Of a stretch of 64,000 bases of DNA, positions 38,821-53,397 are shown one piece after another; within the stretch, counting starts at the first letter, position 1, and every line of letters starts with the position of its first letter. Where the stretch lies: NCBI RefSeq assembly GCF_009914755.1, contig NC_060930.1, one strand, 5' to 3'. Made by a program: the position numbers and the translations under genes. The notes under the pieces are model-generated. The model was given only the letters and a program-made list of their open reading frames with translations, was not told the DNA's origin and ran no database searches. This DNA is from the human T2T-CHM13v2.0 reference genome, Homo sapiens.

Positions 38821-41800
38821 GGTAGTATTTTAAGTAATGCAAAATATAAAATTATTTTTTATCTCAGACTTTTTGGACAAAGACAACTTGGTCATAAAAT
38901 ACATTATAGAAAAATTGCATATCTGAATGATAATACTAAGAATTGAGAAAATACTTGATTCACTCTTATGAAAAAGTTTGTTTCCTTAATGAGTGGATGG
39001 CTAAATTGATACAGAATTCAGCTGCTCAGAAATTTACACATTCGTTTCTATATTAAGCAGACCACATTCTTATTTTTGTTTAAAATAGACAAGAGACTTT
39101 ATTGTATAAAATCCCCCCTATACAAACCAAGATTCATAGGCTCTTCAGAGACTCCTGCAGTATGTTCGTTCATTAACAATATAAGGACAGGAGGACTCTA
39201 TCTGATGAGAAAGCATTAGCAAGATTTGATTTGGAATGTAATACAATCCCAGCAGCTGAATATGAGTTACTTTAAAATAGTTCCTATTAAAGAAACTACG
39301 TGTTCTTTAGAACCAAGATAACATCTTGTGTTATCTTTACAGTGAAAAAATGACAATTCCCAGGGACATCTTTATTGCAGCAGTAGGCTGCTACATTCAT
39401 TCTTCAAGAAAGCCATTTTAACATATGCAACTAACTTATTCCAAAATCAACAGCAAAAAAAAGTTAACGTAATTGTTATTTTTTCAACTTCATAAATTAC
39501 AAAACCATAGGCAAAAAAAAGAATTGAACAAGGGTAAGATAACCAATCAAATAATGTTAACCTAGTCAGAGTTGTTCTCCACATTTTAGTGTCATTTATG
39601 ATAGTCAACAGAATCAACTATTGTAATTATTAACTTCTTTGGTGTACTTAAAATCCTTTAGGCAATGGAGATCACCCTTTTATGGAAATAATTTATTTTA
39701 AAACTTCCTCTTTATAGTTCCATGTATTTTTTCCAAATTTACTTTGTTTTGTCAGCTAAAATCCAAATGAACAGAAATAGAAGTACTTTTCATCAAAATA
39801 AACAATTATATATATCTGGGAAATCTTTATCCTATAAAGTTAGAATAAAGACTCTTGAGAGTCATTGTAAAATATAGTACATTTTTAGCCAATAAAGAGA
39901 TTAAAAAAGAGGAAAATAGTACTGCTCTCACTGATCCTAGAGGGTAGGCATGGGTGGAAATGAGTCAGAGCCACTGAGGTGCAGTCAGTAATTGTTTGCT
40001 CTCCACTCTACTGATGTGAACTAATTCATTATTTTTTTATTCTGAACTTATATGTTTCCTTTGTAGTCATGCTGTGCCTATAATTTATTAGTTCTTTCCC
40101 TTTAAATTTTATTTGTACCCTGGGAAAATTGGAAGTAGAAAGTCTGAACAAAAAGTACCAATCTTCTTTGACATGCTCTTAATAGCAATAATCACCACAA
40201 CAACCTCAAACAAGGAAGGTTTTTCCCCCATAAAGGCAAAGATACCAACAATATGTTTTCTTTTATATTGTGCACCTTCAAGGTAATCAACAGAAATAAA
40301 ACAAATGCATTCATTTTCCTGGTTATATTTCCCAAGGCAAGTTTATTATTACATCTCAATAGCTATAAATTATCCATGTAAAACCAAATATAGATATTAT
40401 TATGCACCAGGGTGCCTTTATATGAGTATTATAAGTGATTTGATTATAGGATCTTACACCTAAATATTTCTGAAGCAACCATAGTAAAAGAGTTCCTTTC
40501 AATACCATGATACTCAACAGAAATTAGACAGTTAAAGGAACATTGTAAAACATGGATTTTGGTGCAAGCTGTTTATCAGGCACACTTTGAGGACGATGAA
40601 AGCCCCAGTTAAGTGTATTTGTCTGCATACTGTAAAACACTTAAGATCAAATTCAGGATTGGGTGAGCTATCCACAATTACTGGCGTCAGCAGTTTAAAT
40701 ATAGTTCTTGCTGAGAACACCTTCATGATAACTGTTCCAAACCCATGCATTTTGCCAGGTAGAGGCAATAATTGGTAACTGTCAATGCTACCTACAAACA
40801 CCATGTTCCTCCAAAAATAACCCGGAATGATTAGCTCTCAGCAATTGGCTGCACTTTTGCTGACTTCTTCTGAGTGGTTTTTCACACACAGTCATAGATA
40901 AACCCACTGTAACCTAACACAGCTGATGACTCATTTCATGGCTTTCTGCTTGTCTCTTTCAAAGCTGTATGTTGTTTCTGTTTTAGAAAGAACAAGCATC
41001 TATTTTTAAAGGAAGGGTGGGTTTGCTTTATTATTATTCAGAAAAGGACCAATCTGGCATCCTATCATCTTATCCTGTGACATGTAGAACATTCCTGGGT
41101 TTTGTTCCATAAATATAGAAAAGTTTTATTTAAAGGAACAATGTCAAAATGACCTTCAAGCCTATCTATAGACTTTTGTGTGCTGCTAGAGTAAATGCAG
41201 AATTCAAATTGAGTTTTCCTGCAAAATGCATTTTGGAAGGAGACATTTCTAGAGATTACAGATGGTTCAAAAGCAATTTAATGCTGGGTACACTTGGGGT
41301 GCTATCTGATTCATGAATAATGAGGACACTCACTTGTTCACTGGATATATGGTATTCAAACAGAATTCAATGAATATTTCTTATGAAGAAGGTGTCAGCT
41401 GGAGTAGTTATGTATGGGGGATTTGCCATAAAAAGGTTCAAAGTTTGAGTTAATGTGAAATAAGGTTAATTTTCATTTATTTTAAAAAAGGATATATTAT
41501 TTTGCTCAAGAATGTGGTAAGAAATGAACACTTGCCAATGTCAAAAAGTGAGTATTCATAAAATATGTTAAGTAAAATATTAGTCTTTACTGTAGTCCTG
41601 TAGAAATAATTTTTTTCTGCTCCATATTTTACCAAAACAACACAAGCTTTCATTTTTTAATTCAATGGCCACATATACAATTGCCCACAAATAGAAAAGT
41701 TGAACAAGATTATGTCAGTTAATCATCAGGCAAGTTAGTGACCAAACCATTCCCGCCCTTTGCTCTCAAGCCTATAATCTAAATCAGAGGTTTTCCTGAC

Positions 41801-42299
41801 TGCATGTTAATGTCATAAAACCAGTTGTAGTCTTCTTACTCCACACACGTGTGTGCACAAATCTGAATGCATTCATTTTTGTTGTTTGTTTTTGTGTCCT
41901 GTTTGATCCACATTGAAGACATGTCATTTTGTTTTAGTGTCTCTTTGTTTAATTTGTTCGTTTTATATTTGATTGTGTCTTTGATATGCCTGTAAAGTAA
42001 ATGGTTATTTGCAAATAATAAATAACCATATTATAAATATTTTATATTGTGTCTCTTGCTGCTATTATTAAGTACTTATTCCTTAATGTAAAAACTTCAA
42101 AGGAAATCTGGACCACTGAAGTTACAGGCATAGGTCCAGTTTCCATCAAAATAGAATGCCTCTAACATATATTCTTCCAATCTGATTTCTTAGCTATTAT
42201 AATTTTATAGTAGAAATAAATCCTTCCCTTCAAAAATATTACTTTTTCAATGAGGACTTACCACTTACAATTTTACGTAAATTGCAATTCTTCTGCCAG

Positions 42300-42500
42300 T
42301 TCCCTTCATTCTCTTTATCTTGCTTTATTTTTGTAGCACTTATTTCTTTCATAAATATTATGTAATTTGCATATAATTATGTTTATGATCTATCTCCTCT
42401 AATTAGAATATAAGTTTCATGAAGGCAGTGTCTTTTGTCTGCTAACAGAATAGTTTCTGAAAAACAGAAGGTGATTTTAAATACTTGCTGAATGAATGAA
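42300..42500 (+). mobile_element. L2 3'-end fragment
   Basis: TAGAATATAAGTTTCATGAAGGCAG...AATACTTGCTGAATGAATGAA. Confidence 0.6.
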
Positions 42501-43051
42501 AGAGTACTCACTAGGGTTCTGAGATGAAATGTTTTATCTGTAAGTCTTGCCATATAAGTTTATATGACATCTATCTTTTGCCCTTTTATTAAAAAAAGAA
42601 AATCTTAAATAAGATTTCTTTTTAGAGATACTGGATCTTTTTGGAATTTTATGAAATACTATTACAGATTTATAAAACTATAGTGTTTTGGTTTAGATAT
42701 TAAGAATAGTTTTCTGGCCAGAGGACTCATTTTTTAGATACTACTTGTAAAGCATATGTAATACAAATTTGTTGTATTTTTAAAACATAGATTTCCTCTT
42801 AGACACTTTGAAAACCTTAAAGACTTCATACATGCCACATCAATCTTGCCAATACTGTGAATCTCTGGTAAATAACTGTGACACACAATATAAAATGTTT
42901 ATAATCTGGTCATTTATTATTTGCAAGTAACCAATTACTTAATAGGAATATTAAAGAAACAAATATAAAACCAACAAATTAAACAAATAGACATAGAAAC
43001 AAAAGAAAATATCTTCAATGTGGATCAAACAGGACACAAAAACAAATTTGA

Positions 43052-43378
43052 TTTTGAGACGGAGTCTTGCTCTGTCCCTCAGGCTGGATTGCAGTGGTGC
43101 AATCTCGGCTCACTGCAAGATTGCAGTGAGCTTGCAGTGAGCCGAGATCGTGCCACTGTACTCCGCCTCCCAGGTTTCACGCCATTCTCCTGCCTCAGCC
43201 TCCTGAGTAGCTGGGACTACAGGCGCCCGCCACCACGCCTGGCTAATTTTTTGTATTTTCAGTAGAGATGGGGTTTCACCGTGTTAGCCAGGATGGTCTT
43301 GATCTCCTGACCTCGTGATCCACCTGCCTCAGACTCCCAAAGTGCTGGGATTACAGGCGTGAGCCACCGCGCCCGGCC
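43052..43378 (-). mobile_element. AluY with an internal inverted duplication and almost no A-tail
   Basis: AluY diagnostics (TTCACGCCATTCTCC, CACCGTGTTAGCCAGGATGGTC). An extra ~41 nt at 43120-43160 is the reverse complement of the adjacent Alu sequence. Confidence 0.95.
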
Positions 43379-43869
43379 AAGATGATATTATACATTAATA
43401 AAAATTCCAAAATAACTTTCCCCTTAAAGAAAAATAAATTTTATATTAAAAAGGACGTGATTGCTGAGTAGATGCATTATATAAGAGGGAGAAGAAGGAT
43501 CTGGAGCCAGATAAATAAAAAACACAAAGCTATAATTTGTGTAACATGAAAACTAGCCTAATATGGCATGAAGAATTCCAATCAGTGGTAGCTTAGGCCC
43601 AGGGACACAGAGAGAAACAAGGAGCTATGAGGAATCTTTTTGGGGTGATGTAAAAGTTCTATTACCTTATTTTTTAGTGCTATTTTTGTGAGTTCCTATA
43701 CCTGTCAAAATTCAAAAAGTTGTACACTGTAAAGAGATGTAATTATTGTACATAAATTATTCCTAAGCAACTTGATGAGCAAAACCAAAAGTATCTAAAG
43801 ATTTGTTAGACAAATAAAAGTTATAAGAACTAATCCCTAAAGAGCCATACTAAAGGGCATACTAAAAAA

Positions 43870-46362
43870 TATTCAAGCATAAAGAAAATTATCTCTGTTG
43901 GAAAATCAGAGGAATAAAGAGCAAATCTAAATCAATATTGACTGTATAAGCAATGATTATGGCTTGTTTCTTTTAAAGTATATACCAAATTAAATATAGG
44001 AGTTCAAAGGCATACGATTTGTGAGAAAGTGACTTGATTTAAATTGTTCTAAGTTGCTTACATTGCCCAGGAATAAGCCAGAAGTACACATGAATAGTAT
44101 ACATAGGTCATTTTAAAATGTATGTTGTAATCTCTCGGCTAAGCACTAACACTATAATGAAAGAGTAAAAAATTCTGAAAATAATAGAGGAGGAAATATA
44201 GTTAAATACATACACATACAAACACATATGCACACATGACTGTCCCAAAGAATAAATTAAATACACACACATGCACACATAATTGTCCTAAAGATAAAGG
44301 AACGAGGGGGAAAAAAAAAAAACAGAGCAGGGGGACAAATAAAGAGCAAATAGCAAGATGGTAGATTTAAACTCAAACGTGTACATAATTACATTCATTT
44401 CAACTCAGCTATTGTGCAAATTAAAAGACAATGGCTATTAGAGTGTGTGCACAAGTATACACTCACACAAACACAAATACGCTGACATATATATAAAAAG
44501 AAACATGATAATGATAAAATATTAATTTCACCAAGAACATGTAAACATCCCAAGGTCTATAAGCCTATAACATATTCTCCAATAGAAATAAAACAAATAT
44601 TTACAAAACTGAAGGGCAAATATACGGTGATAGTGAGAGATTTTAATAAACTTCTCCCTGTGACTGATAGACAAAAAAATCAACAAAAATATAGAAAATT
44701 TCATATAATTAGCAAATTTGACTTACTTGATAAACGTGAAACATTGTAAATATACACAAAGCAAGTTGCTCAATAGTTTCAATTGCACGTGTAACTTTTT
44801 AAAAAATTGACTGTATCCTTCACCACAAAGCAAGCCTCAATTAATTATAAAAAGTAAAATTATTACAATATGTTTTATGAGTACAATAACTCAAACTATA
44901 AATCAAAAAAGATAACTAAAAAAATCATAATTTGGAAATTAAGAAATGTACTTCTACATAAGCCATAGATCAAAATGAAATCAAAATGGGAATAATAATA
45001 GTTTAGATTAATCATGATAAATTATTACACATCAGAAGTTATGAGATATAGAGAAGCTATACTTACAGGAAAATTTATGGCTTTAATGCTTATTTAAGAA
45101 AACAAGAAAAGCTAACTCAATGACTTAACTTCTTAAATTAGAAAAACATCGCAAAATTAAATGCCAAAATATACAAGAAGGGAAAGATAAAATTAAGCGT
45201 ATAAATTAGTAAATAGAAAATGGTTGTAAAATAGAGTCAATAGAGTAAAAATGTGGTTCTTTAATGATTTTGTCTGATGAAAGTGATCAAGAAATGAGAG
45301 AAGGTACAAAAAATCAGTGTCAGTAATACAAAAAGAGGATGTTACCACAGATCTTGAAGATACTAAATATTCTAAAATGTTAATACATAAGGGATGTTCA
45401 CATAAAATTGAAAGATTCAAAATTTTAAAGCTGTCAAATATCCCCAAATTTAAATGAGCTAAATGCAATTCCACTCAAAATTTCATTTTTTTAAGAATTT
45501 CACAATGTTATTAAGAAACTATAAATAATCAAGAAGAATCAACTCATTCTTGAAGGAGAAGATCATGGTGGAAAATGTTGCTTTCCTGGATATGAAAGCT
45601 CATCATAAAGCTATATTAAATAAAATAGCATGGCATTGACTCAGGATATATAGGATATATATAAAAAGACCAATGGACCAGGATAGATCAGAAATAGACT
45701 TGAGAATATTCTGATTAGTTTATTTACTAAACATATGGCAATGTATTGAAGTGGCATAAGGATAAAGATAAAGGATAATATTTTCAATAAATAATATTGT
45801 ATCAATTGTTTAACCGTGGAAGAAAATAACGTAAATTTACTTTTTCTTATCACATAAACAAAAACTTTTCTAAATGGATTTTTACATAAATATAAAAGAG
45901 AAAACGACACATCTTTTAGACAATAATATAAGAAAAAATCATTATACTCAAGGTAAAAATGTATTAAACATAGTATGACTATGCAATTCAACGTTCTATC
46001 TGGAACAAGTTTTGACAGAGAAAGGGAGGAGCTATTAACAAATATGCTGAGGCATGAACCAAGAATGTGTCATGCAAACAGGATAAGTGCATTGCCACAT
46101 AAACAGGACAAAGAAAGAATTAGTAATAAAGAAAAAATTAAAACATTGATTTCTCTTTTAACTAATAATACATAAATTAAGAATCTCAAAATGCAAAACA
46201 AGGTACATAATGGGAAAATATATTCATATCCTGCTTTTACAATAAATTTCAACTAAGACAAAATTATCCAAGCAAATGGAAAAATGTCAAGGGAGTTGAA
46301 CAGAAACATTGTTGGTGGGGATATCCAATGGTCAATAAACAAGTTAAAAGCTCTACTTTATT
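43870..46362 (+). mobile_element. Highly decayed old L1M (MC/ME) ORF2-region fragments
   Basis: A-rich strand with L1 ORF2 motifs (CACAAAGCAAGCCTCAA, GGAAAATTTATGGCTTTAATGCTTAT, AATGCAATTCCACTCAAAA, CAGAAATAGAC). Confidence 0.7.
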
Positions 46363-47755
46363 AGTGGAGCAAGACGGCAGAATAGAAGGCTCCACCAGTC
46401 GTTCCCCACAACAACCCCCTGGGCAAGGACAACAACGTAACAACTATCTACACACACATACACACATGCGCGCGCACACACACACACAAAGCACCTTCAT
46501 AAAAACCAAAATCAGGTGAGCACTCAATCAGGTGAGCTGGTTTTAACTTCATATCGCTGAAAGAAGCACTGAAGAGGCAGAAAAAAGTCTTGAATTATGA
46601 TCATCCCCCCATTCCCCATCCCCTGTCAGCCACAGTATGGTGCAAGGGGCGCGTTTCTGTGCACTAGGGAGAGACAGAGCACAGCAATCAGTGCTGTCCT
46701 GTTAGAGCAGAAAGGAAACCCAGAGCAAACTCAGCTGACACTCACCCACAGAGGTAGCATTTTAGCCAGCCCTAGCCAGAGGGGAGTCTTCCATCCCAGT
46801 AGTCTGAACTCCAGTTTCCATAAGCCTCGCCACTGCAGGCTAAAGTGCTCCGGGGTTCTAAATAATCTTGAAAGGCAGCCTAAGCCACACAGACTGCAAT
46901 TCCTAGGTGAGTCCTAGTGCTGAACTGGGCTCAGAGCCAGGGGACTGGGTGAGTAGGGCCAACTACCTACTGAGACATCAGTTGAGCCAGCTAAGGGAGT
47001 GCTGGCTTGACCCCTCCCCTAAACCCAGGTTGCACAGCTCCTGGCTCCAAAAGGGACCCCTTTGTTTAACTTGAGGAGAGGAGAGGGAAGAGTGGGAAGG
47101 ACTCTGTCTTGCGTCGTGGATACCAGCTCAGCCACAGCAGGATATAACACAAGTCAAAGTCATGAGGCCCCCATTCCAGTCCCTAGCTCCCAATGAACAT
47201 TTCTAGACACACCCTGAGCCAGAAGGGAGCCCACTGCCTTCAAGGGAAGGATGCAGTTCTGGCAGGATTCAGCATCTGCTAACTGAAGAGCCCAGCAGTG
47301 ACACCCAGGTACTACATTGAGGGCCTTGTTTGAGACTCTGAGACTTGCTGGTTTCAAGTGAGACTCAGCATATTCCCAGCTATGAAAGCTATGGGGCAAG
47401 ACTTCTTCTGCTTATGAAAAGCAAAGGGAAAAGTAAAGGGGACTTTGCCTTTCTGCTTAGGTACTAGCTCAGCCACAGAGAGGTAGAGTACCAAGTAGGC
47501 CCCTGGAGTCCCTGCCTCTAGGACTTGGCTCTTGGACGGCATTTCTGGACCTGCCTTGGGCCAGAGCAGAGCTCACAGCCCTGAAGGGTGAATCCCAAGC
47601 CAGGCAGCATTCACTCCAAGCCAACTGAAAAGCCCTTGGGCCTTAAGGGAACATGGGCAGTAGTCTGGCAGTTGTCCCCATGGGCCTGTGGTGGTGGAGG
47701 CCACAAGGTGAGGCTCCTCTGTCTTTGGAAAGGGAAGGGAAGAGTGGGAAAAACT
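46363..47755 (+). mobile_element. L1 (L1PB/L1MA-era) 5' UTR only; same family as the element at 10185
   Basis: GTGGAGCAAGACGGCAGAATAGAAGGCTCCACC..., collinear with 10185-12078 once the MLT2A there is removed. Confidence 0.87.
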
Positions 47756-48831
47756 CAAAACAAAATGCTTTTAACTTGCTCATATGTCATTACTATTTTC
47801 TATCAATATTTCAAGTAAATAGGACTCTGGGATCTATGTATTTATAGAGTGTTGATTTTAACCACTAATTAAATATGTTTATTAAAACCTACTTGAATAT
47901 TAACCTAGGCACTATTATTTTGAATGGGGATTCAAATGGCATTATTTTATAGCAACTCATTAAATATTTTAATATTATATAAAATTTTAAATACTTTTTA
48001 AAAACAGCATTAAGGCCTGAGATGATAAAAGCTATTTAACAATTTGATATGATTCTACAATAAATATTGAAAGCCTTGTTGATTAGAGAGTAGTACATGA
48101 ACAAAAAAGAAATGAACTACCTATGCATGACTAGTAATTTATTATACTTTGACCTACCTAGTCATCTCACATTTGTTTGTTAATAGTTATTGAATCCAAG
48201 ATAAGATTATAATTGGCTTAGGACAAACCTGAGACAGGTGTCCTTTGTAAAGATTTTTGGCTCCCAAGAAAAAAAGTCCCAGGCAAGTCAAATCAGCAAA
48301 TTATAATTCTACAGTTTAAGAATAATGGGGATATTTCCAAAAGAACTGAGAGTTTTTAAATAAGTCAAAGTCATTCTGACCATAATTATATGACATCTCA
48401 AGGTCATCAAATATGACCTATAATGGAGATAATCAACCTATTTAGAATCTATGACATAGGTCCCCATGTGCAAATTCAGTGATTAAAAAACTTGCCATGT
48501 ATCTACACTCATGTAAGCTAAATGGCAGACTTCTTCACATGGAAAGGTTAAAATGTAAGATTAATGCTACACAGTAGCTGATCTTGAGGCACCTTAGGGA
48601 CATGTGACGTGGAGAAGAAATTCAAGAATAGATAGAAAACTGTCAGTAGCATTAGTGCTGAGTTGAATCTCTAGATCCAGGGTTCAGGCTGCCTTATTTC
48701 TTTAAGTTATCCTTTCTCATTAGGTGATTGAGTTTGATGTTTCATATTCTAGACCAGAAAATATCTGCATATCTAGAAATTAGTCTATGCTTATCAATAG
48801 TTTTAGAATAGCTTTGGATATTTTGTCCAAA

Positions 48832-49225
<394 letters not shown>

Positions 49226-49479
49226 TAGTATTTAGAGTATATTTATTTAATGTAGAATCAAAGGGAGAGTATAGAAACATAACTTGGATGTCTATGAACA
49301 AAGATGATTCTTTTTAGGGACAAAATTGTATGGTGTATAATGAGTTGAATTTTTCATGGAAGTTTTATGCGCTAACTCACATATTGGGATTATGGTAACT
49401 ATACACACACTTAGTCAAGCCAATATTAGTCTTTTAAAAGGCATTTTAAGGACATTGAATTATCTCATTTTTTGAAAAA

Positions 49480-49712
49480 AGTATTTTATTATAGCAAGAA
49501 CACAACATGAGATATGCTCTCTTAAACTTTTAAGTGTACAAAGCAACACTGTTAACTACAGGGGCAGTGTTATACAGCATATCTCTAGAACTTACTCATC
49601 TCTCATTACTGTAACTTTGCCTGTTGATTAGCAGCTCCAAATCCTTCCTGCTTCTGCCCCTGGCAGTCACCATTCTGCTCTTTGATTGTATACTTTGGCT
49701 ATTTTAGGTATG
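49480..49712 (-). mobile_element. L1MA8/9-like 3'-end fragment
   Basis: AGAACACAACATGAGAT...TTTTAAGTGTACAA...TCTCTAGAACTTACTCATCT...CCCCTGGCAGTCACCATTCT. Confidence 0.7.
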
Positions 49713-50015
49713 TGAAAATTAAGGACAGATCCTATGCTGACCTGATAAACAAAGATAGCTCTTTCGAGCTCAATGTACATTGAGTGTAACAAGAGGGAAG
49801 GAGGGAGGAAACCACTGCCCATTTGGGATTCCTTCAAATTCACATCTCTCCAAAATGGTAAATTCTGTCTTTATTTAAATGACCAAACTTTCTGATTGTC
49901 AGCTCTGTATTTTCATTTTGTAATATTACTATGGCAGAGGCATTAAAAATATGGAAATGTTCTCCATTGAGTAGAATTAGTTACCAAAAATGATGACTAA
50001 TAATTATCAGCCTCC

Positions 50016-50856
50016 CAAAAGACATGAACAGATACTTCTCAAAAGAAGACATTTATGCAACCAACAAACATATCGAAAAAAACTCAACATCACTGATCAT
50101 TAGAGAAATGCAAATCAAAACCACAATGAGATACCATCTCACACCAGTCACAATGGCATTTGTTACAAAGTTGAGAAACAACAGATGATGGCAAGGCTGC
50201 AGAGAAATAGGAATGTTTTTACACTGTTGGTGGGAATGTAAATTAGTTCAACCCTTTTGGGAGACAGTATGGTGATTCTTCAAATACCTAGAACTAGAAA
50301 TACCATTCGATCCAGCAATTCCATTACTGGATATATACCCAAAGGAACATAAATCATTCTATTATGAGGATACATGCACATGTGTGCTCATTGCAGCACT
50401 ATTCACAATAGGAAAGACATGGAATCAACCCAAATGCCCATCAATGACAGATTGGGTAAAGAAAATGTGATACATATACTCCATGAAATACTATGCAACC
50501 ATAAAAAGGAACGAGACCATGTCCTTTGCAGGGACATGTACGGAACTGGAAGCCATTATCCTTAGCAAACTAATGCAAGAACAGAAAATCAAACACGACA
50601 TGTTCTCACTTATAAGTGGGAGCTGAACAATGAGACCACATGGACACAGGAAGGGGAACAACACACACTGGGGCTTGTCAGGGGGTGGAGAAGGAGCATG
50701 GGAGAGCATCAGGAATAATAGCTAATGCCTGATGGTTTTACTATCTAGGTGATGGGTTGACAGGTGCAGTAAACCACCCTGGCACACGTTTATCTATGTA
50801 ACAAACCTATACATCCTGCACATGTATCCTGGAGCTAAAATAAAATAAAATAAAAT
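50016..50856 (+). mobile_element. L1PA (about PA10-13) 5'-truncated 3' end with (TAAAA)n tail
   Basis: CAAAAGACATGAACAGATACTTCTCAAAAGAAGAC...CATGTTCTCACTTATAAGTGGGAGCTGAAC...; TSD ATTATCAGC. Confidence 0.93.
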
Positions 50857-52238
50857 ATTATCAGCACCCAACAAAATTATGACTGATTCCTTCTATATTC
50901 TGTGGCCTTGTCCCAAATGAAAAGTAGGGGAAATTAACCTTTGACCTCTCTGGCCTCTTCTCTGTGCTCTTATTTCCTTCTCTAGTGATACTTCCCTATT
51001 CCTTAGGCACCCAGTGATTTTATAATCCTTTCCTTCCCCTCTTTATCTATTAACCTCTGTTCTCAAGAAAAGACCCAAATTGAATTTATACTACATTCCG
51101 AGAGACTAATTTAAACATTTTGTGTTATCTTTCCCAGGGAGACTTGTATTTTCTGACATTCAACTTAATCGAAGAATAAAGCTTTAACAGTGGCATCAGT
51201 GACATGATGAATGATGCATCATTTTGAAGTAATAATGGTTTTCCCAGTGACTCAGAAATAGCAGTATGTTCAGATTCAGTGTGCCTGTTCATGAGGTGAG
51301 CACTCCATAAGCCATGCAAAACTGTTGTATGGGAAAAGACAAGGGGGAAGGCAGGAAGTAAAGGTCAAAGAATGCACACAGATTGTGACAGAAACATGTA
51401 TATTAAGAGACTTGTAACACAATGGGAAACAGGTTTAATTCAATCTTGGAATGTTTCCCTTCTACATGAATATTAAGAATAGTATATCATAAATCAAACT
51501 CCAATATTTATAATTGTCAAGTCATAACTCAATCACCTCTCTCTTTCACAATATATCTCCTTTTAAAAAATAAAGTTTTGTTTTCAATTTCTTAAAATAC
51601 TACTGGAATGGAATTTCCCAAAGGATTACTATTTAAAATCTAAACTTCCTGGTTGGTGTGTTCTCATGATTTTAGAGCAAGTCTAAAAAAATCTAACCTT
51701 CCCTGTTTTCACACAATTTGCAGAGCTCTGCAGAAATTGCACATCTGGCTCTTTGCCTGTGCACCTGAAGTTATCTCAGGAGAAATTATACAAATTAAAT
51801 ACAGACACAGAGAAGGTCTTTTTTAATTCAAAGGAAAAGAATATATATTCAAGAAAAGCAAAAAAGGTAAGAGAAAAGGTAAGGGACTGTAGTGATATTA
51901 AGCTAGGAAACTAACAAAATGATGACAATATAAAATAAATGATGTGAAAAGAACAACAAAAACAATATAAAGTAGAAATGAAAATATATTGTGTTGGCTC
52001 AGGAAAATATTTAAATTACTTTCTTTCTTCTATTCCATAGGTGGAAGTTGGGCCTTTGGTCATTAATTCTCTCTCTCTCTCTTGCTAATTTTTGCAAATA
52101 GGGAGAACTTGGAACATCTGCCAAAATTTTTATTTTGTGCTTTATTTTGGCTACCTGTTTATTCCATAGAACTATGACTTGTCCTGGTGATTCAGGCTTA
52201 CTCCTTAATTTCTGAACTGATTGCCAGAGAGTCAGGGA

Positions 52239-52249
52239 TATACACATAC

Positions 52250-52321
<72 letters not shown>

Positions 52322-52402
52322 CACACACATACATATATATATATACACACACATACATATACATATATGGGAGATTATATCTATATCTATATCTATGTCT
52401 AT
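52239..52402. repeat. Compound (TA)n(CA)~24 / (TATC)n microsatellite
   Basis: Direct reading; this is the source of the HT-repeat ORFs. Confidence 0.95.
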
Positions 52403-53062
52403 CCCTCCCATGTTATTTCCTGCTTTTCTACTACTTGTTCCACTTTCCCCAGGTCTTTTGAAACTAAAAATAAAATTATCACCTCACTGTAAGTATCATG
52501 TCTTCTGCTTCAGGGGTTGCACACTGCTTCAAGGTAGTAATTGTTAATTATTCAAGACTGACTTCTTGTAAAGTAATCTTCTAGAAAGACAGCTGGACTT
52601 TTAAGACTTCATGAACTCTAAAGATATGGCAGGCCAGGATCCAAGGCCAAAGGTATAATACCTCCAAAAGCTACGGTTATGAGTCTTGGAAGTCAGCCCT
52701 TGGTTGTATCAGAGGAAATACAGTTCTCTCTAACCATGAATGCTGAAGAGGAAGAATCAAGCTGGAGGCTAGGATTATGCCATATCATACTGCTTTTGGA
52801 TCTCAGCACACAGGATGCCAGGGGAGGGTAATGTTCTTACCATGAAGCTTGTCATCAGAGGTCCAAAAGAAGAGAGCCACAAAATGTGTACTGTTCAATG
52901 TTGTGTGCACATCTAGCATGAAACATCTTTTGCATCAGTGACCAATCTGAGTACTTACATCTTAACTCTAAGGCACACACTAAAATACATAATGCCTGGT
53001 TGTTCCTAGATACTTACTTGGTATAAAATTTAATTTTTTCTAAAAATGATCTTATATGGTAG

Positions 53063-53397
<335 letters not shown>

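Noticed and set aside
52187-52547. His/Thr-repeat proteins
   Set aside because: Translation of a (CA)n/(TA)n microsatellite.
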